A stretch of 64,000 bases of DNA from Thermoanaerobaculia bacterium (lineage in GTDB: Bacteria > Acidobacteriota > Thermoanaerobaculia > UBA5066): contig CAWFJJ010000028.1 in the NCBI GenBank assembly GCA_963816185.1, positions 256,001 through 320,000 on the forward strand. The letters are read 5' to 3'. Positions 33,076 through 46,000 of this stretch are shown in pieces. Position 1 is the first letter of the stretch; each line of letters starts with the position of its first letter. A model generated the notes under the pieces. The model was given only the letters and a program-made list of their open reading frames with translations. It did no database searches and had not been told where the DNA came from. Position numbers and translations under genes: made by a program.

Positions 33076-33876
33076 GTGCTGCGCAGCCTGAAAGATCTCG
33101 AAGGGTACACGGTGAGCGCCACCGACGGCGACATCGGAAGGGTCGTGGATTTCCTTCTGGACGACGAGCGCTGGATCGTCCGCTATCTGGTCGTCGAGAC
33201 CGGTGGCTTCTTCGATGGGCGCCGGGTGCTCATCTCGCCCATCTCATTCCGCAAGGCCGAGTGGTCGACCCGCCGCTTTCACCTGGCGTTGACGAGGGAC
33301 AAGGTCAAGAACAGCCCGAGCGTCGACGTGGACAAGCCCGTCTCCCGCCAGCACGAGCTGGACTACTTCGGCTACTACGGATATCCCCGCTACTGGGGGT
33401 ACTCGGGACTCTGGGGCATGGGTGCCTACCCGGGCTTGCTCGCGGCCGGCAGGTCGGAACGAGAGCGCCTGCCGAGCATTCCGAGACTGTCCGGCGACGT
33501 CCATTTGCGGAGCGCCAAGGAGGTCCGCGGATACCACGATCCAGGGAACCGACGAAGCGATCGGCCACGTCGACGACTTCATCATCGACGATGAGACCTG
33601 GGAAGTCCGCTATCTGGTGATCGACACCAGCAACTGGTGGTTCGGCAAGAAGGTGCTGGTTGCGCCGCACTGGGCAAACCGCGTCAGCTGGGAGGAAAGC
33701 AAGGTCTACGTGGACATGTCTCGACAGGACGATCAAGAACAGCCCCGAGTGGAACCCGACCGCGGCCATCAACCGCGAGTACGAAGCACGCCTCTACGAC
33801 TATTACGGACGCCCGGTGGGACAGCGACCATCCGGACGAGGCGCAGCTGGTGCACCATGTGGGGCGACCGGAGTGA
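33076..33876 (+). CDS. PRC-barrel domain protein, frameshifted
   Basis: Two ATDGDIG.V.DF..DD..W..RYLV repeats. Confidence 0.8.
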
Positions 33877-33911
33877 TCTCGAATCCGTACGCGCCGTCCT
33901 CGCGGGACGCC

Positions 33912-35595
33912 ATGAAGATCAGCCCTCTGGCGGGCAAGCCGCCGCCGCCGTCGATGCTGGTCGACGTGCCCCAGGCTGGTCACCGCCTACTACACGCGAG
34001 AAGCCCGATCCCGCGGTGCCCGGCGCAGCGCGTCGCCTTCGGCACCTCCGGGCATCGCGGCTCGGCGTTCGACGGGTCCTTCAACGAGGGGCACATCCTG
34101 GCGATCAGCGCAGGCGATCTGCCTCTACCGCCGGCGCAGGGGCATCGACGGGCCGCTGTTCCTCGGCATCGACACGCACGCGCTGTCGGCGCCGGCGTGC
34201 GCCAGCCGCGCTCGAGGTGCTGGCGGCCAACGGGGTCGACGTCGATGCTCGCCGCGCGCGACGAATACACGCCGACGCCGGTGGTGTCCCACGCGATCCT
34301 CACCTACAATCGCGGGCGCAAGGCCGGGCTCGCCGACGGCATCGTCATCACCCCGTCGCACAACCCGCCTGACGAAGGCGGCTTCAAGTACAACCCGCCG
34401 AAGGGCGGGCCGGCCGACACCGAGGTCACCGAGCTGGATCGAAGCGCAGGGCCAACGCGCTCCTCGAGCGCGGCCTGCGACGGGCGTGAAGCGGATTCCG
34501 ATCGAGCGAGGCGCTGCGCGCCGCAACGACGCACCGCCACGACTATCTCAACGCCTACGTCGGCGACCTCGGCGACGTCATCGACATGGAGGCGATCCGC
34601 GGCGCGGGCCTGCGTCTCGGCGTCGGATCCGCTGGGCGGCGCCGGCGTCCACTACTGGGGGCCCGATCGCCGAGCGCTACGGGCTCGACCTGACGGTCGT
34701 GAACGACGCCGTCGATCCGACCTTTCGCTTCATGACCGTCGATTGGGACGGGCAGCATCCGCATGGACCCCTCGTCGCCCTACGCGATGCAGCGGCTGAT
34801 CGGTCTGAAGGATCGCTTCGACATCGCCTTCGCCTGCGACACCGACGACGACCGGCACGGCATCGTCACCCGCAGCGCCGGGCCTGCTGCCGCCCAACCA
34901 CTATCTGGCGGTCGCCATCCACTACCTCTTCCAGCATCGGCCGAGCTGGCGCCCGGAAGCGGCGGTCGGCAAGACGGTGGTGAGCAGCAGGATGATCGAC
35001 CGCGTCACCGCGAAGCTGGGCCGCAGGCTCTACGAGGTGCCGGTCGGGTTCAAGTGGTTCGTCGACGGCTTGCTCGACGGCTCGCTCGGCTTCGGCGGCG
35101 AGGAGAGCGCCGGGCGCTTCCTTTCTGCGCCGCGACGGCGACGGTGTGGACGACCGACAAGGACGGCATCGTGCCGGCGCTGCTCGCGGCGGAAATCACC
35201 GCGCGCACGGGCCGCGATCCCGGCGAGCTCTACGCGGAGCTGACGCACGAGCTCGGCGAGCCGGCCTACGAGCGCATCGACGCGCCGGCGACCGCCGGAG
35301 CAGAAGCAGCTGCTCGCGGCGCTCTCGCCGCAGCAGGTGCGATGCGCACGAGCTGGCCGGCGAGACGATCCAGAGCATCCTCACGCAGCGCGCCGGGCAA
35401 CGGCGCGCCGATCGGCGGGCTGAAGGTCAGTCGCCGAGAGCGGCTGGTTCGCCGCGCGCCCCTCCGGCACCGAGGACATCTACAAGATCTACGCCGAGAG
35501 CTTTCGCGGGCCGAGCCACCTGCGTCGCATCGTGGAGGAGGCGCAGGCGATCGTGGACGACGCGCTTGGGGGGCGCGGGCGCGAAGAAGATGTGA
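33912..35595 (+). CDS. pgm: Phosphoglucomutase, frameshifted
   Basis: [32 protein letters not shown]. Confidence 0.9.
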
Positions 35596-36163
35596 AATGA
35601 TGTATGTGGTATGAGTAAGAAGGAGGAGAAGAAGAGGGAGAGGAAGGGAGGGAATGAAGGTATGAGAGGTGAGGGGAGAGAGGGGGGGTGAGAAGGAAGG
35701 AGGAGTGGGAGGAGGGAGATAGAGAGTAGAAGGGTGTGATGAGAAGGAGGGGATAAGTAGGGGAGAGATGGGTGAAAAATAGGGCGAGAAAGAAAGGAGG
35801 GAAATGGGGGGTGAGGAGGAAAAAAAGGAAGCAGAGAGAGGAGAGGGAGGGAAGAGCTCTCAGAGAAAAGGAGGAGAGATGGGAAGGTCCGATGGGGTAA
35901 GGCAGGGGAAGACGCGAAAGGAGGAGAAAAGAAGAAAGGAGGAGAGATAAAAAGGCGAAAGAGTAGAGAAAGGCAAGAAGGGAAAGGTGCAGAGGAGATG
36001 AAAAGCGAAAGGTGAGGTGAGGAGAGTGTGAGGTGCCAAGGAAAGGATGAAGAGTAAAGGCAAAAAGATAGACTTAGAGATGGAAGAACAGATAGACTCT
36101 AGATAGGAGGAGGAGATTAGGAAGAGGCTATAAAGGGAGGGAAGAAGATGATAAGATAGAGCA

Positions 36164-36535
36164 ATGAGTGGAGAAGAGGTAGAGGCTCTTCTGGGATATC
36201 TCGGGACGCTCGCGGGATTGACGGCGACGGAGCGGGCTAGGATGCTCGGCCCACAGTCGGCGCCCGCGACGGAGAGCACCCGACAAGGGAACGTGTCACG
36301 TATGAACGAGCGACCGGCCGGGCGGAGGACACAAGGCATGAGGTCCGGCGTCGTCAGTCGCTGGAGAGCTTCACGGCAGGAGTCTGTCGACTCGGTCGTC
36401 CGACAGGTGCAGTACGGATCGTCGGGAATGATGCAGATGATGGGAGGTTCACAAATGCCGACGTTCACGTACTTGACCAAAGAGGAGGTGGCGGCGGGCT
36501 ACTTCTATCTCGCGCAATACACTCCGAAGATATGA
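36164..36535 (+). CDS. Possible cytochrome c C-terminal part in degraded sequence
   Basis: MPTFTYLTKEEVAA..YL resembles a class I cytochrome c C-terminus; no CxxCH is visible. Confidence 0.3.
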   Translation: MSGEEVEALLGYLGTLAGLTATERARMLGPQSAPATESTRQGNVSRMNERPAGRRTQGMRSGVVSRWRASRQESVDSVVRQVQYGSSGMMQMMGGSQMPTFTYLTKEEVAAGYFYLAQYTPKI

Positions 36536-36580
36536 GCAGAAGCAGCACAGTTCCATGAACCCGCGTCGTCCGACGCCCTG

Positions 36581-37972
36581 GTGCTGTTCGGCGTGACGGG
36601 CGACCTCGCCCACAAGATGATCTTCCCGGCGCTCTACGCGATGGTGAAGCGGGGCGTCCTCAACGTCCCGGTGGTCGGCGTCGCCTTCTCGCGATGGAGC
36701 CTGGCGCGGCTGCGCAAGCGCGCCGCGGACGGGATCACGGAAGGCGGGCCGGATCGACGATCCGCGGGCCCTGCGCCACCTGCTCTCCCTGCTCCGGTAC
36801 GTGGACGGCGACTACAACGCCCCGGCGACCTTCGCGGCGCTCAAGCAGGCGCTGGGCGGTGCCCGGCGCCCGGCGCACTACCTCGCCATCCCGCCGTCGC
36901 TCTTCGCGACGGTCATCAAGGGGCTCGGCGCCGCGGGCCTCGCGGACCGACGCGCGCGTCATCGTCGAGAAGCCGTTCGGCCGCGACCTGGCTTCCGCGC
37001 GCAAGCTCAATCGCGTCGCGCGCTCGGTGTTCCCGGAGGACTGCGATCTTCCGCATCGATCACTTCCTCGGGAAGGAAGCGATCATGAACATCCTCTATT
37101 TCCGCTTCGCCAATTCGTTCCTGGAGCCGATCTGGAACCGCAACTACGTGGCCAGCGTCCAGGTGACCCTCGCCGAGGACTTCGGCGTGAACGGGCGCGG
37201 CGCGTTCTACGAGACGGCCGGCTGCCTGCGCGACGTGATCCAGAACCACCTCTTCCAGATCGTCGCCCTCCTGGCCATGGAGCCGCCGGCCTACCGGGGC
37301 TACGGCGCCGTGCAGAGCGAGAAGGCGGCCGTCTTCCAGGCCATGCGGCCACTGCGGACCGCCGACGTGGTCCGCGGCCAGTATGCCGGCTACCGCAGGG
37401 AGCCGGACGTGGCGCGCGACTCCGACGTCGAGACGTTCTGCGCCGTGCGGCTCTTCATCGACTCCTGGCGCTGGGAGGGCGTGCCGTGGTACCTGCGCTC
37501 CGGCAAGCTGCTGCCCGAGACGGCCGCCGAGGTGCGTCGTCCAGCTGAAGCCGCCGCCGCAACGGCTCTTCGCCGACTCGGCGCCGGCGGCCGGCCGGGC
37601 CAACTACCTGCGCTTCCGGCTGTCCCCCAACTACGCCGTCGCCCTCGCCGCTCGCGTCAAGCGCGTCGGCAAGGAGTTCGTCGGCGACCAGCGGGAGCTC
37701 GCCCTCCTCGATCATCAGCCGGGAGAGGAGGCGCCGTACGAGCGGCTCCTGACCGACGCGATGGCCGGCGACGGAGCGCTCTTCACCCGGGAGGACGCGG
37801 TCGAGGCCGCCTGGGCGGCGGTCGATCGGGTCCTGAAGCACCCACCGTCGCGTCCGTCCCTACAAGCGCGGGAAGCTGGGGGCCCAAGGAGGCGGACGCG
37901 CTCATCGCGGCGGACGGCGGCTGGCACAACCCCATGCTCGACGAGGCAGACCGCCTGACGGGGCGCTGCTAA
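36581..37972 (+). CDS. zwf: Glucose-6-phosphate dehydrogenase, frameshifted
   Basis: [30 protein letters not shown]. Confidence 0.92.
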   Translation: MLFGVTGDLAHKMIFPALYAMVKRGVLNVPVVGVAFSRWSLARLRKRAADGITEGGPDRRSAGPAPPALPAPVRGRRLQRPGDLRGAQAGAGRCPAPGALPRHPAVALRDGHQGARRRGPRGPTRASSSRSRSAATWLPRASSIASRARCSRRTAIFRIDHFLGKEAIMNILYFRFANSFLEPIWNRNYVASVQVTLAEDFGVNGRGAFYETAGCLRDVIQNHLFQIVALLAMEPPAYRGYGAVQSEKAAVFQAMRPLRTADVVRGQYAGYRREPDVARDSDVETFCAVRLFIDSWRWEGVPWYLRSGKLLPETAAEVRRPAEAAAATALRRLGAGGRPGQLPALPAVPQLRRRPRRSRQARRQGVRRRPAGARPPRSSAGRGGAVRAAPDRRDGRRRSALHPGGRGRGRLGGGRSGPEAPTVASVPTSAGSWGPKEADALIAADGGWHNPMLDEADRLTGRC

Positions 37973-37973
37973 G

Positions 37974-38165
37974 ATGAACGGAGGCTCGTCGAGCGTGAGG
38001 TTTCTCGGCATCGCGCTGCACCACGGGCGCAACGCGAAGAACGCCGCGCTGATCTCGCGGGACGCCGGGCGCGTGAAGGTACGGGTCATCCGCACGGACG
38101 AGGAACTGATGATCGCGAGGTCGGTCTGCCGCGTCCTCGAACTCGGCTCATTACGGGAGGGGTAG
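37974..38165 (+). pseudogene. Acetate kinase C-terminal fragment
   Basis: FLGI...VRVIRTDEELMIAR only. Confidence 0.7.
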
Positions 38166-38168
38166 ACG

Positions 38169-40543
38169 ATGAGAACCCCCGCACTCACGCCGGAACTGCT
38201 CCACAGGATGGACGCCTACTGGCGCGCCGCCAACTACCTGTCGGTCGGCCAGATCTATCTCTACGACAATCCGCTGCTGAAGCGGCCGCTGACGCTCGCC
38301 GACGTGAAGCACATGCTGCTCGGGCACTGGGGCACGACCCCCGGGCAGAACTTCATCTACGTGCACCTGAACCGGGTCATCAAGAAGTACGACCTCGACA
38401 TGATCTACGTCTCCGGCCCCGGGCACGGCGGCCCGGCCGTCGTCGCCAACACCTACCTCGAGGGCACGTACAGCGAGATCTATCCCGACATCAGCCAGGA
38501 CGAGGCCGGGCTGCGCAAGCTGTTTCTTCAGTTCTCGTTTCCCGGCGGCATCCCCAGCCACGCCTCGCCGGAGTGCCCGGGCTCGATCCACGAGGGCGGC
38601 GAGCTCGGCTATTCGCTCAGCCATTCGTTCGGGGCGGTGTTCGACAATCCCGATCTCGATCGTCGCCTGCGTCGTCGGCGACGGCGAGGCGGAGACCGGT
38701 CCGCTGGCCACCGCGTGGCATTCGAACAAGTTCCTCGATCCGGCCACCGACGGCGCGGTGCTGCCGATCCTGCACCTCAACGGCTACAAGATCTCCAACC
38801 CGACGGTCCTCGCCCGCATCAGCACGAGGAGCTGGAGCAGTTCCTGCGCGGCTGCGGCTGGACGCCCATCTTCGTCGAGGGCCACGAGCCCGAGCTGATG
38901 CACGAGGCCATGGCCGCGACGCTCGACGCGGCGATGGAGCAGATCCAGCAGCATCCAGCACGACGCCCGCGTCCACGGCAACCTCACGCGTCCGCGCTGG
39001 CCGATGATCGTCCTCAATTCGCCCAAGGGCTGGACCGGGCCGAAGATGGTCGATGGCCTGCAGATCGAAGGCACGTTCCGGGCGCACCAGGTGCCGCTCG
39101 CCGATCCCGCCGACGCATCCCGAGCACCTCAAGCTGCTGGAAGACTGGCTCAGGAGCTACCGGCCAGAGGAACTGTTCGACGAGCAGGGCCGCCTGAAGC
39201 CGGAGCTGGCCGAGCTCGCGCCCAAGGGCGAGCGGCGCATGGGCGCGAATCCCCACGCCAACGGCGGCATGCTGCTGCGCGACCTGCGGATGCCGGACTT
39301 CCGCGACTACGCGGTCGACGTGCCCGCGCCCGGGCGCTGCGCGGCATCGGCGACACGCACGTGCTGGGCCGTTTCCTGCGCGACGTGGCGAAGCTGAACG
39401 CCGAGCAGCGCAATTTCCGGGTCTTCGGCCCCGACGAGACGCTCTCGAACGGCCTGGAAGCCCTCTTCGAAGCGACCAACCGCCAGTGGGACGCCGCGAC
39501 CGTGCCGAACGACGAATTCCTCGCGCCCGCCGGGCGCGTGATGGAGATGCTCAGCGAGCACCAGTGCGAGGGCTGGCTCGAGGGCTACCTGCTCACCGGG
39601 CGGCATGGCACTCTTCAACTGCTACGAGGCGTTCATCCACATCGTCGATTCGATGTTCAACCAGCACGCCAAGTGGCTGAAGGTCACGGCGCACCTGCCG
39701 TGGCGGCGGAAGATCGCGTCGCTGAACTACCTGCTGGCCTCGCACGTCTGGCGGCAGGACCACAACGGCTTCACGCACCAGGATCCCGGCTTCATCGACC
39801 ACGTCGTGAACAAGAAGGCCGAGATCGTGCGCGTCTACCTTCCGCCGGATGCCAACTGCCTGCTGTCGGTGATGGACCACTGCCTGCGCAGCCGCCACTA
39901 CGTCAACGTCGTGATCGCGGGCAAGCACCCGGCGCCGCAGTGGCTGACGATGGACGCGGCCGTCAAGCACTGCACCGAGGGCATCGGCATCTGGCAGTGG
40001 GCCAGCAACGACCAGGGCGTCGCGCCCGACGTGGTCATGGCCTGCTGCGGCGACGTGCCCACGCTGGAGACGCTGGCCGCCGTCTCCATCCTGCGCGAGC
40101 ACCTGCCCGACCTGAAGATCCGGGTGGTCAACGTCGTCGACCTCATGAAGCTGCAGCCGCAGACCGAGCACCCGCACGGGCTCAGCGACACGGACTTCGA
40201 CGAGCTCTTCACCAGGGACAAGCCGGTCATCTTCGCCTTCCACGGCTACCCGTGGCTGATCCACCGGCTGACCTACCGCCGCACCAACCACGACAACATC
40301 CACGTCCGCGGCTACAAGGAAGAGGGCACGATCACGACGCCCTTCGACATGACGGTGCTGAACGACCTGGACCGCTTCCACCTCGTGATGGACACCATCG
40401 ACCGCCTGCCGCAGACCGGCGACAAGGGCGTCTACCTGAAGCAGCAGCTCAAGGACAAGCTCATCGAGCACAAGCAGTACATCGACAAGCACGGCCAGGA
40501 CATGCCGGAGATCCGGAACTGGAAGTGGGGCCACCTGAAATGA
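38169..40543 (+). CDS. xfp: Phosphoketolase, frameshifted
   Basis: [45 protein letters not shown]. Confidence 0.93.
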
Positions 40544-43194
40544 ACGCCAATATCAACCAGCCCAGGGACTCCCGGACGACCGCGGCATCGAAGCCCGATG
40601 CGAAGGACGATCTGAAGTCCCTGCCCATGGCGGAAGTGGAGGCGAAGTTGGGGTCGTCGCCGGACGGCCTCAGCCAGGCCGAGGCGCAGAAACGGCTGAC
40701 CCAATACGGGCCGAACGAGATCGAAGAGAAGAAGACCAATCCGTTCCTGAAGTTCCTCACCTATTTCTGGGGTCCCATCCCGTGGATGATCGAAGCGGCG
40801 GTGATCCTGTCGGCGGTGGCCCGGCATTGGCCGGACTTCTGGCATCATCCTCGTTCTGCTTCTGGCCAACGCCGTGGTCGGATTCTGGGAAGAACGCCAG
40901 GCGGGCAACGCCATCGACGGCGCTGAAGGCCAAGCTGGCGATCAAGGCCCGGGTGAAACGCGACGGAAAGTGGATCACCCCGGCGGCGCGTGAGCTGGTG
41001 CCGGGCGACGTCATCCGCTTGCGCCTGGGCGACATCGTGCCGGCGGACGCGCGCCTGCTCGCGGGCGACCCGGTGGAGGTGGATCAGTCCGCGCTGACCG
41101 GCGAGTCGTTGCCCGCCACGCGCAAACCCGGCGAGGCGGTGTTCTCCGGGTCGATCATCCGCCAGGGCGAGATCGGCGCGCTGGTCTATGCCACCGGCGC
41201 GAACACCTACTTCGGCAAGACGGCGCAACTGGTGCAGGAGGCGCACACCGTCAGCCATTCCAACGCGCGGTGCTGAAGATCGGCAACTACCTGATCATCC
41301 TCGCGGTGGCTCTGGTGGCGGTGATCATCACCGTCGCGATCTTCCGCGGCGACCCGATCCTCACCACGCTGCAGTTCGCCCTGGTGCTGACCGTGGCCGC
41401 GATTCCCGTGGCGATGCCGACGGTCTTGTCGGTGACGATGGCGGTCGGCGCGCGCCTGCTCGCCAAGAAGGAGGCGATCGTGAGCCGGCTGGTGGCGATC
41501 GAGGAACTGGCGGGCGTGGACGTGCTGTGCGCGGACAAGACCGGCACCCTGACCCAGAACAAGCTGACGCTGGGCGATCCGTTCAGCGTGAACGACGTCC
41601 CGCGCCGAGCAGGTCATCCTCTGATGCCGCGCTGGCGTCGCGCGCGGACGACAACGACACCATCGACCTGGCCGTGCTGGGCGGCCTGAAAGACAAGGAC
41701 GCCTTGAAGGGCTACCAGGTGGTCCATTTCCAGCCGTTCGACCCGGTGCACAAGCGCACCGAGGCCACCGTCAAGGCCGCGGACGGAAAGACGTTCAAGG
41801 TGACGAAGGGCGCGCCGCAGGTGATCCTGGCAGTTGTCGGCCAATGCCGGGCAGGTGAAGCCCGCCGTCGAGAAGGCGGTCGACGAATTCGCGGCGCGCG
41901 GCTTTCGTTCGCTGGGCGTGGCGCGGGCCGAGGGCGACGGCCCATGGCAGTTCCTGGGCGTGCTGCCCCTGTTCGATCCGCCGCGCGAAGACGCCAAGGC
42001 AACCATCGCGACCGCGCGGCAGATGGGCGTGAAGGTCAAGATGGTGACGGGCGATGCACTGGCCATCGCCAAGGAGACCGCCAAGAAGCTGGGCATGGGC
42101 ACGAACATCCTCGATGCCGCCGGCCTGGGCGACGTCGAAGCAGCAGGAGACCGCGGCGACGGCCGAGTCCATCGAGAAGGCCGACGGTTTCGCCCAGGTG
42201 TTCCCCGAGCACAAGTTCCACATCGTGGATGTCCTGCAGAAGCGCGGCCACATCGTCGGCATGACCGGCGACGGGGTGAACGACGCCCCCGCGCTGAAGA
42301 AGGCCGACTGCGGCATCGCCGTCTCGGGCGCGACGGACGCGGCGCGGGCTGCGGCCTCCATCGTGCTGATGACGCCCGGCCTGTCGGTGATCATCGACGC
42401 GATCAAGGAGAGCCGCCGCATCTTCCAGCGGATGAACAGCTACGCGATCTACCGCATCGCCGAGACGCTGCGCGTGCTGTTCTTCATGACGCTGGCGATC
42501 CTGGTCTTCAACTTCTATCCGGTGACCGCGGTGATGATCGTGATGCTGGCGCTGCTCAACGACGGCGCCATCCTGTCCATCGCCTACGACAACGTTCATT
42601 ACAAGGATCAGCCCGAGGCGTGGAACATGCGCCTGGTGCTGGGGATCGCCACGGTGCTGGGCGTCATCGGGGTCGTCTCCGCCTTCGGCTTGTTCTATCT
42701 CGGCGAGCGCGTCTTTCACCTCGACCGCGACGCACATCCAGACGCTGATGTACCTGAAGCTGTCCGTGGCGGGACACCTGACGATCTTCCTCACGCGCAC
42801 GCGCGGCCCGTTCTGGTCCATCCGCCCCGCGCGGATCCTGTGGGTGGCGGTGGTCGGCACGCAGATCGTGGCGACGTTGATCGCGGTCTATGGACTGTTC
42901 ATGACACCCCTCGGGTGGGGTTGGGCACTCTTCGTCTGGGGCTATGCGCTGGTGTGGTTCCTCGTGAACGACCGCGTGAAACTGCTCGCATATCGGATGT
43001 TCGATCCTGCCAAAGCCGGTACCCCGTCCGATTTGACGCCGCAGATCGCCAAGAGAGCCTATGAACTCTACGAGCAGGGAGGCCGCCGGAACGGTCGAGC
43101 GTGTTCAGGACTGGAATCGTGCGGAGGAAGAGATTCGGAACAGGGAAACACGATGAATAGTCGTGCGGGGGAGCGCCGCCCAGGCGTCCTGTAG
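40540..43194 (+). CDS. Plasma-membrane-type (P3A) H+-transporting ATPase, frameshifted
   Basis: [49 protein letters not shown]. Confidence 0.9.
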
Positions 43195-43199
43195 TGCGC

Positions 43200-44405
43200 T
43201 TACGCGCAGAGGGCGAGATCCGACAGGAGGCCGACCGCGAACGCCGCGAGGCACGTCGTGACGACGCCCGGCCATCCGAAGGCCTGCCACGCGTAACCCG
43301 GCAGGATGGAGCCGAACGTCGCCCCGAGATAGTAGAAGGTCGTATAGAGCGCGCCGGCGCCGCCCTTCGCCTCCCGGGCGGTCGTGTTCACGAATGCGGG
43401 GGCCGTGCCCTGGACGAAGAACATCCCGACGCAGAGGACGACGAGCGACACGATCACGACCGGAAGGGACCGGACGAGGCTCAGGGTCGCGGCCCCCGCG
43501 GCGACGAGGAATCCCGTCGCCATCAGGGCTCTCCGCCCGAAGCGTCCCGACATTCTTCCCACGACGATGGACGTCAGGACGCCGGCGCCGTAGACGAGAT
43601 AGATCGCGGAAATCGAAGCGGTCGACAGGCCGAATGGTGCGGCGGTGAGGTAGTAGGGAAGGTACGTGAAGATCCCGATGAAACCGAAGAAGACCGAACC
43701 TCCAATGAGGAAACCCCCCACGAGGCGGCGGTCGCGGAGGTGCCCGACCATCTCGCGAAATGCCACGCCGATCGAGACCGGTCCGCCGCGCGGAGACGGG
43801 GGAAGCAGCCGGGCCATTCCCAGAGCGCCGGCGAGCGTCAGGACGCCGAAGACGAGGAACGGCGCCCGCCAGCTCAGGTGGCTCGCGATCCAGCCGCTCA
43901 CCACGCGTCCCGTCAGGCCGCCCGTCACGGATGCTCCGACCCATGCCCCCACGGCCGGCCCCAGCTTCTCGCCCGCGAACTGGTCGCCGAGGTAAGCCAC
44001 GGCGATCGCCGTGACGCCGGGCAGGAGGATCCCCTGCAGGGCGCGGAAAAAAACGAGCGCCGAGAGGGTCGGTGCACCGGCGCACAAGAGCGTCGGGAGG
44101 GCGAGCAGCGCGCAGCTCCAGACCATCACCTTTTTGCGGCCGAAGGTGTCCGCGAGCGGGCCCCACGCGTTCGAGACGAGAGCGATCATGAGGACGACGA
44201 CCGAGATCGTAAGGGCCGCCGTCGGAGCCGGGACGCCGAACTCGCGGGAGAGCAGCGGCAGGATCGGCTGCGTGATGTAGACGTCCGCAAAAACCGTGAC
44301 CGTCGCGAAGAGAAGGGCGGGGAGGCCGAGGCGAGATGCAGCCTCACGGCCAGGCGAGCGTCGTCCCGAAGCGCGCCAGCCCGACAATCCGCCGCTCTTA
44401 CTCAT
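43200..44405 (-). CDS. MFS transporter (YnfM-like)
   Basis: YITQPILP, DTFGRK, FYYLG. Confidence 0.85.
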   Translation of the reverse strand: MSKSGGLSGWRASGRRSPGREAASRLGLPALLFATVTVFADVYITQPILPLLSREFGVPAPTAALTISVVVLMIALVSNAWGPLADTFGRKKVMVWSCALLALPTLLCAGAPTLSALVFFRALQGILLPGVTAIAVAYLGDQFAGEKLGPAVGAWVGASVTGGLTGRVVSGWIASHLSWRAPFLVFGVLTLAGALGMARLLPPSPRGGPVSIGVAFREMVGHLRDRRLVGGFLIGGSVFFGFIGIFTYLPYYLTAAPFGLSTASISAIYLVYGAGVLTSIVVGRMSGRFGRRALMATGFLVAAGAATLSLVRSLPVVIVSLVVLCVGMFFVQGTAPAFVNTTAREAKGGAGALYTTFYYLGATFGSILPGYAWQAFGWPGVVTTCLAAFAVGLLSDLALCA

Positions 44406-44440
44406 TCTCAGAAAATCTTATTCTTCGTCCCATCGCCCTC

Positions 44441-46000
44441 TTAGAGCCCGAGGTAGGCCTGCCGGATGCGCGGGTCGTCCAGGAGCTCGGCGGCGGACCC
44501 GGTCTGGACGACGCGGCCCGTTTCGAGGACGTAGGCTCGGTGGGCGTGCTCGAGGGCGACCTGCACGTCCTGTTCCACGAGGAGCACGGTCGTCCCCTCC
44601 TGATTGATCTGGGTGACGAGGTCGAGCAGGTGGTCCACGACGAGAGGCGCCAGCCCGAGCGACAGCTCGTCGATCAGGAGGAGACGCGGCCGGCTCATGA
44701 GCCCGCGTCCGATCGCGCACATCTGCTGCTCGCCGCCCGAAAGACGTCCCGCGAGCTGGCTCGCGCGCTCCTTGAGGCGGGGGAGCAGCGCGAAGACGCG
44801 CTCGAGATCCTGCTCGATGCGCTCGGCGTCTCGGCGCAAGTAGACGCCCTGCAGGAGGTTCTCCTTGACCGTCAACCCGGCGAACAGCCGCCGGCCCTGG
44901 GGCACCTGAATGACTCCCGCGGCGACCACGTCCTCCGGCCGGGCGGCGGTGAAGTCGCGTCCCGCGAAGCGCACGGAGCCCCCCATGGGGCGGAGAAGCC
45001 GGGAGATGGTCCAGAGAAGCGTCGTCTTGCCGGCGCCGTTCGCGCCGATCAACGCGACGATCTCCTTCGTTTTCACCTCGAGAGAGACGTCCCTGAGGAT
45101 CTGGACGTCGCCGTAGCCGGACGACAGGTTCTTCACCTCCAGGAGCGTGTCTCCCGCCGGGGCGGGGGGCGCCTTGCGGAACGTGCCCGGCTCGATGAGG
45201 GCGTCCTCGATTCCGGCGACCTCCGCGCGGCGCGCGAACCGCTCGCCGAGATAGGCCTCGATGACGGCCGGGCTCTCGACGATCTCTTTCGGATTGCCTT
45301 CGGCGATCTTGCGGCCGAAGTGCAGCACGACGAGGCGGTCCGAGATCCCCATGATGGCCTTCATGACGTGCTCGATCACGAAGAGCGTCACCCCGCTCCG
45401 ATTGATCGACAGGATGAGCTCCATCGCCTTTTCAATCTCGGACTGGTTCAGGCCCGCCATGACCTCGTCGAGGAAGAGGAGCTGGGGGTCCATGGCGAGC
45501 GCCTTGGCGAGCTCGAGGCGCTTCAGGTCGGGGATCGTCAGCTCCGTCGCCGTTCGGTTCCGCATGTCGGCGAGGCCGATGCGTTCGAGGACCTCGTCGG
45601 CCGCGCGTCGCGCCTGCGCCGCGGTGCGCCCCTTTCCGCGGGCGCCGAACATCGCGCCCGTCGCGACGTTCTCGCGCACGGTGAGCTGCCGGAGCGGCTT
45701 GACGACCTGGAACGTCCGCGCCATGCCGAGGTGCCCGATGCGATAGCTCGGCGTCTTCGTGATCTCCTGCCCGTTAAAGACGATCGTGCCCGACGTCGGC
45801 TTGTCGAGACCCGTCATGCAGTTCACGAACGTGGTCTTGCCGGCCCCGTTCGGGCCGATGACGCCGAGGATCTCGCCCTTTCGGATCGTGAGATCGATGC
45901 CATCGACGGCGGCGAGCCCGCCGAACTTCTTCGTGATCCCGCGAGCCTCGAGGATGGCGGGACCCGGGATCCGCGCGGCGGCAGTGGGAAGCGCGCTCAT
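44441..46000 (-). CDS. Fused LivG-LivF ABC ATP-binding protein
   Basis: Two Walker A motifs (GPNGAGKT, GANGAGKT) in one frame. Confidence 0.85.
   Translation of the reverse strand: MSALPTAAARIPGPAILEARGITKKFGGLAAVDGIDLTIRKGEILGVIGPNGAGKTTFVNCMTGLDKPTSGTIVFNGQEITKTPSYRIGHLGMARTFQVVKPLRQLTVRENVATGAMFGARGKGRTAAQARRAADEVLERIGLADMRNRTATELTIPDLKRLELAKALAMDPQLLFLDEVMAGLNQSEIEKAMELILSINRSGVTLFVIEHVMKAIMGISDRLVVLHFGRKIAEGNPKEIVESPAVIEAYLGERFARRAEVAGIEDALIEPGTFRKAPPAPAGDTLLEVKNLSSGYGDVQILRDVSLEVKTKEIVALIGANGAGKTTLLWTISRLLRPMGGSVRFAGRDFTAARPEDVVAAGVIQVPQGRRLFAGLTVKENLLQGVYLRRDAERIEQDLERVFALLPRLKERASQLAGRLSGGEQQMCAIGRGLMSRPRLLLIDELSLGLAPLVVDHLLDLVTQINQEGTTVLLVEQDVQVALEHAHRAYVLETGRVVQTGSAAELLDDPRIRQAYLGL

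Noticed and set aside
35596-36190. Purine-only-like tract of about 600 bp
   Set aside because: Aperiodic, almost C-free, and grading into coding-like sequence inside an error-rich region; most likely a basecalling artefact. The 206-aa minus-strand ORF is spurious
30491-43194. Mass pseudogenisation or programmed frameshifting
   Set aside because: Dense single-base indels with intact catalytic motifs fit unpolished long-read errors
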